Part shown: piece by piece, positions 44,691 through 48,954 of the stretch
How positions within the stretch are numbered: position 1 is the first letter of the stretch
Layout: each line of letters opens with the position of its first letter
NCBI GenBank assembly: GCA_037142615.1
Contig: JBAXAI010000028.1
Coordinates: 1 to 48,954, forward strand
Direction of reading: 5' to 3'
From: Spirochaetales bacterium
GTDB taxonomy: Bacteria; Spirochaetota; Spirochaetia; JABEVK01
DNA: 48,954 nt
Position numbers and translations under genes: made by a program
Notes under the pieces: generated by a model
The model's input: the letters and a program-made list of their open reading frames with translations, nothing else
Told to the model about the DNA's origin: nothing
Databases searched by the model: none

Positions 44691-45572
44691 ATGACTCTTT
44701 CCGCTTCCCAGAAGGAGGCCATCGCCGGCTACGCCTTCATTCTGCCCATCATGTCGGGCTTTTTGCTCTTCTTGGCTTTTCCCGTTGTCGCGTCGTTCTT
44801 TGTCAGCTTGGCCGACTGGAACCTCATCAACGACCCCGAGTTCGCCGGCATCGGCAACTACATCCAGCTGTTTCAGGATCCTTTCTTCTGGACGTGCCTG
44901 AAGAACACGGCCTACTTCTCACTCTTCGCCGTCCTCTTCGGGATGTTCCTGTCTCTCTACCTGGCCAACCTCATTCACGAAACCAAGCCCAAGGGCGCCT
45001 CGTTTTTCAAGAGCAGCCTTTTTCTTCCGGTCATTCTGTCGTCGGTCGCGGTGGCGCTCGTGTGGCAGTGGCTGCTCGACGGCCAGATGGGCATGATCAA
45101 CCACCTGTTGAACATGGTGGGCCTTCCGTCGGTCCCGTGGCTGACTTCGCCTGCTGTCGCTCTGAACTCGGTTATCCTGGTCGCCGTGTGGCGGCAGATC
45201 GGGTACAACATGGTTATTTTTCTGGCCGCTTTGGCCAACGTTCCCGACGAACTGTACGAAGCCTCGAGCCTCGACGGCGCCAGCCGCTTCCAAACGTTCT
45301 GGAATGTCACCTGGCCCCTGATTTCGCCGGCCACGTTTTTCATTGCTGTGACCTCGATCATCAACTCCTTCCAGGTGTTCGACATCACGACAATCCTGAC
45401 CAACGGGGGGCCCGCCAACTCGACGAACACCCTCATCATGATGATCTACCAGAACGGCTTTCAGTTCTTCAAAATGGGCTACGCCTCGGGCATCGCCTAC
45501 GTGCTGTTTGGCATCATCCTCATCATCACCGCCATCCAGACCATCGTTTCGAAGCGATGGGTTCACAGTTGA
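44691..45572 (+). CDS. Carbohydrate ABC transporter permease (MalF/UgpA-like)
   Basis: 'FLPVILSSVAVALVW', EAA 'LYEASSLDGAS', 'GGPANST', 'MGYASG'. Confidence 0.92.
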   Translation: MTLSASQKEAIAGYAFILPIMSGFLLFLAFPVVASFFVSLADWNLINDPEFAGIGNYIQLFQDPFFWTCLKNTAYFSLFAVLFGMFLSLYLANLIHETKPKGASFFKSSLFLPVILSSVAVALVWQWLLDGQMGMINHLLNMVGLPSVPWLTSPAVALNSVILVAVWRQIGYNMVIFLAALANVPDELYEASSLDGASRFQTFWNVTWPLISPATFFIAVTSIINSFQVFDITTILTNGGPANSTNTLIMMIYQNGFQFFKMGYASGIAYVLFGIILIITAIQTIVSKRWVHS

Positions 45573-45588
45573 CCCCCAGGAGTCTGCT

Positions 45589-46425
45589 ATGTCTACGCTG
45601 ACCGTCCACAAACCCCTGGAGCGAGCCGGGGCCTACATTCTGCTGTCGATTTTCGCGTTTCTTATGCTGGCCCCGTTGTTTTGGGCCCTGCTGACGGCCT
45701 TGAAGCCTGTCGGTGCCGTGTTCGACGATCCGTTCGGGTTGTCGGTGGATACCTGGAGCCTCAAGAGCTTCACCGACGTGTTCAAGACCACACCCTTTCA
45801 CATCTACATGTTCAACACGCTCAAGATCACCTTCTTCAGCGTGATCGGCGTTGTCGCCACGTCGGCCTTGGCCGGCTACGCGTTCGCGCGGCTGAAGTTC
45901 CCCGGGCGCGACTTTCTGTTCATGCTGCTGTTGGCTACCATGATGATCCCCCGACAAGTCACGCTGGTGCCGACGTTTATTCTGATGAAGGAGTTCGGGC
46001 TCATCGACGACCACCTGTCGCTGATTCTGCCAGGCGCCATCAGCGTGTTCGGCATGTTCCTCATGCGGCAGTTCTTCATCACCGTGCCCATCGACTACGA
46101 AGAGGCCGCCAAGATCGACGGGGCGGGGGTGCTGCGCCGGTTCTTCCAGGTGATTCTGCCGTTTGCCGGTAGCACCATCGCGACGCTGGTGCTGTTGCAG
46201 GTGATGGCCGTGTGGAACGACTTCTTGTACCCCATGGTCTTCCTCAACTCGGAGCTCAACCGCACGCTGACGCTGGGTCTGGCCATCCTCCGCGGCGACA
46301 TGGACACGCAGTGGAACATGCTCATGGCCGCCGTCGTCATCTCGAACCTGCCCATTCTCGTGGCCTTTCTGATCACGCAAAAGTTCGTTATCAAGGGCAT
46401 CGCCACCACCGGACTCAAGGGGTGA
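45589..46425 (+). CDS. Carbohydrate ABC transporter permease (MalG/UgpE-like)
   Basis: 'GYAFARLKFPGR', 'EEAAKIDGAG', 'WNDFLYP', 'GIATTGLKG'. Confidence 0.92.
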   Translation: MSTLTVHKPLERAGAYILLSIFAFLMLAPLFWALLTALKPVGAVFDDPFGLSVDTWSLKSFTDVFKTTPFHIYMFNTLKITFFSVIGVVATSALAGYAFARLKFPGRDFLFMLLLATMMIPRQVTLVPTFILMKEFGLIDDHLSLILPGAISVFGMFLMRQFFITVPIDYEEAAKIDGAGVLRRFFQVILPFAGSTIATLVLLQVMAVWNDFLYPMVFLNSELNRTLTLGLAILRGDMDTQWNMLMAAVVISNLPILVAFLITQKFVIKGIATTGLKG

Positions 46426-47072
46426 GCGTGTTGCCGCGCCTGTTCGTGGTGGGGGACAGCATTTCGATCCACTACGGACCGTACTTGCAGGAGTTTCTGG
46501 CCGGCACCTGGGACTACGCCCGCAAAGAAGGGCACGCCGAGGCCATGGTCGACCTGGACGACCCCCAGGGGGCCAACGGCGGTGACTCCGGCCGGGTGCT
46601 GCGCTACCTGCAGGAGCTCGGTCCCACCGCGCTGGCCGGCCGCGTGCTGCTGCTCAACTGCGGCCTGCACGACGTGCGCCGCAGCGGGCCGGACGACACG
46701 CTGCAAGTGCCGCTGGCGACCTACCGCGCCAACCTCAAGGCCGCGTTCGCCCTCGCCCTCGCGGCCGCAGCCACCATCTGGGTGCGCACCACGCCCGTCG
46801 TCGAAGCCGTCCACAACCGGCCGGGCTCGCCCTACCGGCGGCTCGAGGCCGATGTCGCGGCCTACAACCGCGTGGCCGACGAGGTTGCGCGCGAACTGGG
46901 AGTGCCCTGCGCCGACCTGCACGGTTTCACCGCCTCGGTGTTGCAGCGGCTGCCTGCCGCCGAGGTGTGGGCCGATCACGTGCACTTCACCCCTCTGGTG
47001 TCACGCCTCCAGGCCTCGTACCTGGCCGGCTATCTCGCGGGCCGTTTTGGCACCGCTCATTCCCCGACCTAG
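46422..47072 (+). CDS. SGNH/GDSL hydrolase (possible carbohydrate acetylesterase)
   Basis: 'GDSIS', 'NGG', 'NCGLHD', 'DHVHF' SGNH blocks; GTG 46422. Confidence 0.85.
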   Translation: MSVLPRLFVVGDSISIHYGPYLQEFLAGTWDYARKEGHAEAMVDLDDPQGANGGDSGRVLRYLQELGPTALAGRVLLLNCGLHDVRRSGPDDTLQVPLATYRANLKAAFALALAAAATIWVRTTPVVEAVHNRPGSPYRRLEADVAAYNRVADEVARELGVPCADLHGFTASVLQRLPAAEVWADHVHFTPLVSRLQASYLAGYLAGRFGTAHSPT

Positions 47073-47081
47073 GAGCGTTCC

Positions 47082-48149
47082 ATGGACAAGTCCCTGCTCG
47101 AAACCAAGATGGACGAGATCATCGTCCGCATGACCGACCCGCCCGTGTACAACGACATCGTGGAGTGGTCGCCGCTGAGCGACCTGAACTTCACCCACTG
47201 GAACTGGCCGCAGGGCGTGGGCCTCTACGGCCTGTTGCGCCAGTACCAGCGCACCAGGAATCCCCGCTACCTCGCGATGATGACCAGCTGGTTCGAGGCG
47301 GGAATCGCCCGGGGCCTGCCCGAAAAGAACGTGAACACCATGGCGCCCTTTTTGACGCTCATCCACCTGCACGAGCTCAACCCGCGTCCCGAGTGGCTGG
47401 CGCTGTGCCAGGAATGGGCCGCGTGGGTGATGGCCGAGATGCCACGCACCCGCGAGAACGGGCTGCAGCACATCGTGATCAACAACCCCAACACCCAGCA
47501 GCTCTGGGTCGACACGCTGTACATGACGGTGCTGTTTCTCGCCAAAATCGGGCGCTTCCTGGGTCGTCAGGACTACATCGACGAGGCCGTTCGCCAGTTC
47601 TTGCTGCACGTGAAGTACCTGGCCGACCCGGCCAGCGGCCTGTGGTTCCACGGCTGGACCTTCGACGGCCGCCACAATTTTGGGCGCGTGCATTGGGGGC
47701 GGGGCAACTGCTGGTACACCGCCGCCGTGGTCGATTTCTTCGAGCTCGTTGACGTCGGCGCGGGAGTAAAGGCCTTCTTGGTCGAAACGCTCAAGGCCCA
47801 GGTCGACGCCCTGATTCCGCTGCAAGACAAGGACGGCATGTGGCACACCGTGCTCGACGATCCCGCCAGCTACCGCGAAACCTCGTGCACCGCCGGGTTT
47901 GGGTACGGCATCCTCAAGGCCGTGCGGCTGGGAATGCTGCCCGTGAGCTACCGGCCGATGGGCCTGCGGGCCTGCCAGGCCGTGCTAGACCGCACCGACG
48001 CTACTGGCACGGTCACCGAAGTGAGTTACGGCACCCCGGTGGGCATGGACGCCGACTTCTACCTCAAGATCCCCGTGTGCTCCATGGCCTACGGGCAGGC
48101 CTTGTCGGTGCTGCTGCTCGGGGAGGCCTTGCTCCTGCCTCGTTCGTGA
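47082..48149 (+). CDS. GH105 (GH88/105) unsaturated rhamnogalacturonyl hydrolase, YteR/YesR-like
   Basis: 'WNWPQGVGLYG', 'LWVDTLYM', 'GLWFHGW', 'WGRGNCW', 'GMWHTVLD', 'ETSCTAG', 'YGQ'. Confidence 0.92.
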   Translation: MDKSLLETKMDEIIVRMTDPPVYNDIVEWSPLSDLNFTHWNWPQGVGLYGLLRQYQRTRNPRYLAMMTSWFEAGIARGLPEKNVNTMAPFLTLIHLHELNPRPEWLALCQEWAAWVMAEMPRTRENGLQHIVINNPNTQQLWVDTLYMTVLFLAKIGRFLGRQDYIDEAVRQFLLHVKYLADPASGLWFHGWTFDGRHNFGRVHWGRGNCWYTAAVVDFFELVDVGAGVKAFLVETLKAQVDALIPLQDKDGMWHTVLDDPASYRETSCTAGFGYGILKAVRLGMLPVSYRPMGLRACQAVLDRTDATGTVTEVSYGTPVGMDADFYLKIPVCSMAYGQALSVLLLGEALLLPRS

Positions 48150-48162
48150 GGCAGGATGTGGC

Positions 48163-48939
48163 ATGAGCCTTCCTCCACTGATCGGCGTCAACCTCTACTG
48201 CTTCCGCGACCACTGCCAGACGCTTGAAGGGCTGGGGGCGACGCTGGCCCGGCTCGCGGCCATCGGTTACCCGTCGGTGCAGGTCTCGGGCCTGCCCGCG
48301 TCGATCACACCCGCCCAGGTGCGCGCGGCGCTCGACCGGCACGGTCTGGTGGCCTGCGCGGCGCACGACAACTTGGAGGCCCTGACCCAGCGTCCCCACG
48401 AGGTGGTCGCCAAGCTGCGCACTCTTGGCTGTCGGTTCACGGCGCTGGGTTACCCCGGCCACGAGAACCTCGCGCACGACCACGTCGAGGTGCTGCGCGA
48501 CCAGTTGGTCACCGCCGCCCGCGTGCTGGCTTCCGAGGGCCTTCAGTTGGGCTATCACAACCACGCCGAAGAGTTCCAGGCCTTTCGTGGAACTTCGATC
48601 TACGCGTGGCTTTTCGACACCACCCCGGCCGACCTCTTGTGGGCTGAGCCCGATGTCGCGTGGCTGCAGGCGGGCGGGGGCAGTCCCGTGGCGTGGATAC
48701 GGCGCCTGGCGGGGCGCATTCCAGCGATCCATCTGAAGGACTACACGTGGGAAGGCGGTCAACCCCGGTTCTGTGAACTGGGCCACGGCAACCTCGACCT
48801 ACCGGGCATCGTGGCGGCGCTGCACGAAACTCAGGTGCCCATCTGGATCGTCGAACAGGACGACCCGGTGCCCGAGCGCGACATCTTCGCGTCGGCCGCG
48901 CTTTCGCTCGAGTTCCTCCACCAAAGGAGTTCCCAATGA
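48163..48939 (+). CDS. Sugar phosphate isomerase/epimerase family TIM barrel, close paralogue of 37380..38156
   Basis: Shares long identical blocks with that protein: 'AIGYPSVQVSG', 'GLVACAAHDNLEALTQRP', 'HLKDYTW', 'AALHETQVPIWIVEQDDPVP'. Confidence 0.88.
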   Translation: MSLPPLIGVNLYCFRDHCQTLEGLGATLARLAAIGYPSVQVSGLPASITPAQVRAALDRHGLVACAAHDNLEALTQRPHEVVAKLRTLGCRFTALGYPGHENLAHDHVEVLRDQLVTAARVLASEGLQLGYHNHAEEFQAFRGTSIYAWLFDTTPADLLWAEPDVAWLQAGGGSPVAWIRRLAGRIPAIHLKDYTWEGGQPRFCELGHGNLDLPGIVAALHETQVPIWIVEQDDPVPERDIFASAALSLEFLHQRSSQ

Positions 48940-48954
48940 CCGTCGAAGTCCTAG
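48936..48954 (+). CDS. Start of the next gene, truncated by the window edge
   Basis: SD AAGGAG, then an ATG overlapping the preceding TGA. Confidence 0.45.

Overview
GC-rich, gene-dense bacterial chromosomal window with no rRNA, tRNA, CRISPR array, transposase or integrase visible. The TPR, HEAT-repeat and M15 proteins at 16.8-23.4 kb resemble proteins I recall from free-living Spirochaetia; this is an unverified inference. Contents in order: (1) 1-4.8 kb, minus strand: PQ-loop protein, two alpha/beta hydrolases, a MocA-type nucleotidyltransferase fused to a P-loop NTPase, and a FecCD/BtuC-type ABC importer. (2) A TPP riboswitch with a thiXYZ-type ABC transporter, then an EFR1-type flavodoxin/ferredoxin. 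(3) An alpha-glucoside locus: TreS-like GH13, LacI regulator with tandem operators, aglEFG-like ABC transporter and amylosucrase. (4) HEAT, CPBP, hisZ-hisG-hisB, TPR and M15 peptidase genes. (5) A carbohydrate island of about 25 kb for pectin/uronate catabolism: eda-kdgK-kduI-kduD, ThuA plus three Gfo/Idh/MocA oxidoreductases, two paralogous TIM-barrel isomerase-family genes, GH2, GH3, CE4, SGNH, GH105, a sugar ABC transporter, two AraC regulators and a NarL-type two-component system, interrupted by three type II toxin-antitoxin pairs. Best leads: a candidate redox (3-keto) glycoside-cleavage module in the sugar island; a recurring -10 box/6 nt/ATG leaderless-gene architecture; the MocA-NTPase fusion beside a class III ABC importer; a triple-hairpin element between kduI and kduD; and an unannotated propeller-like protein divergent from the kdg operon. 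All family calls come from motif recognition by eye; no database searches were run.
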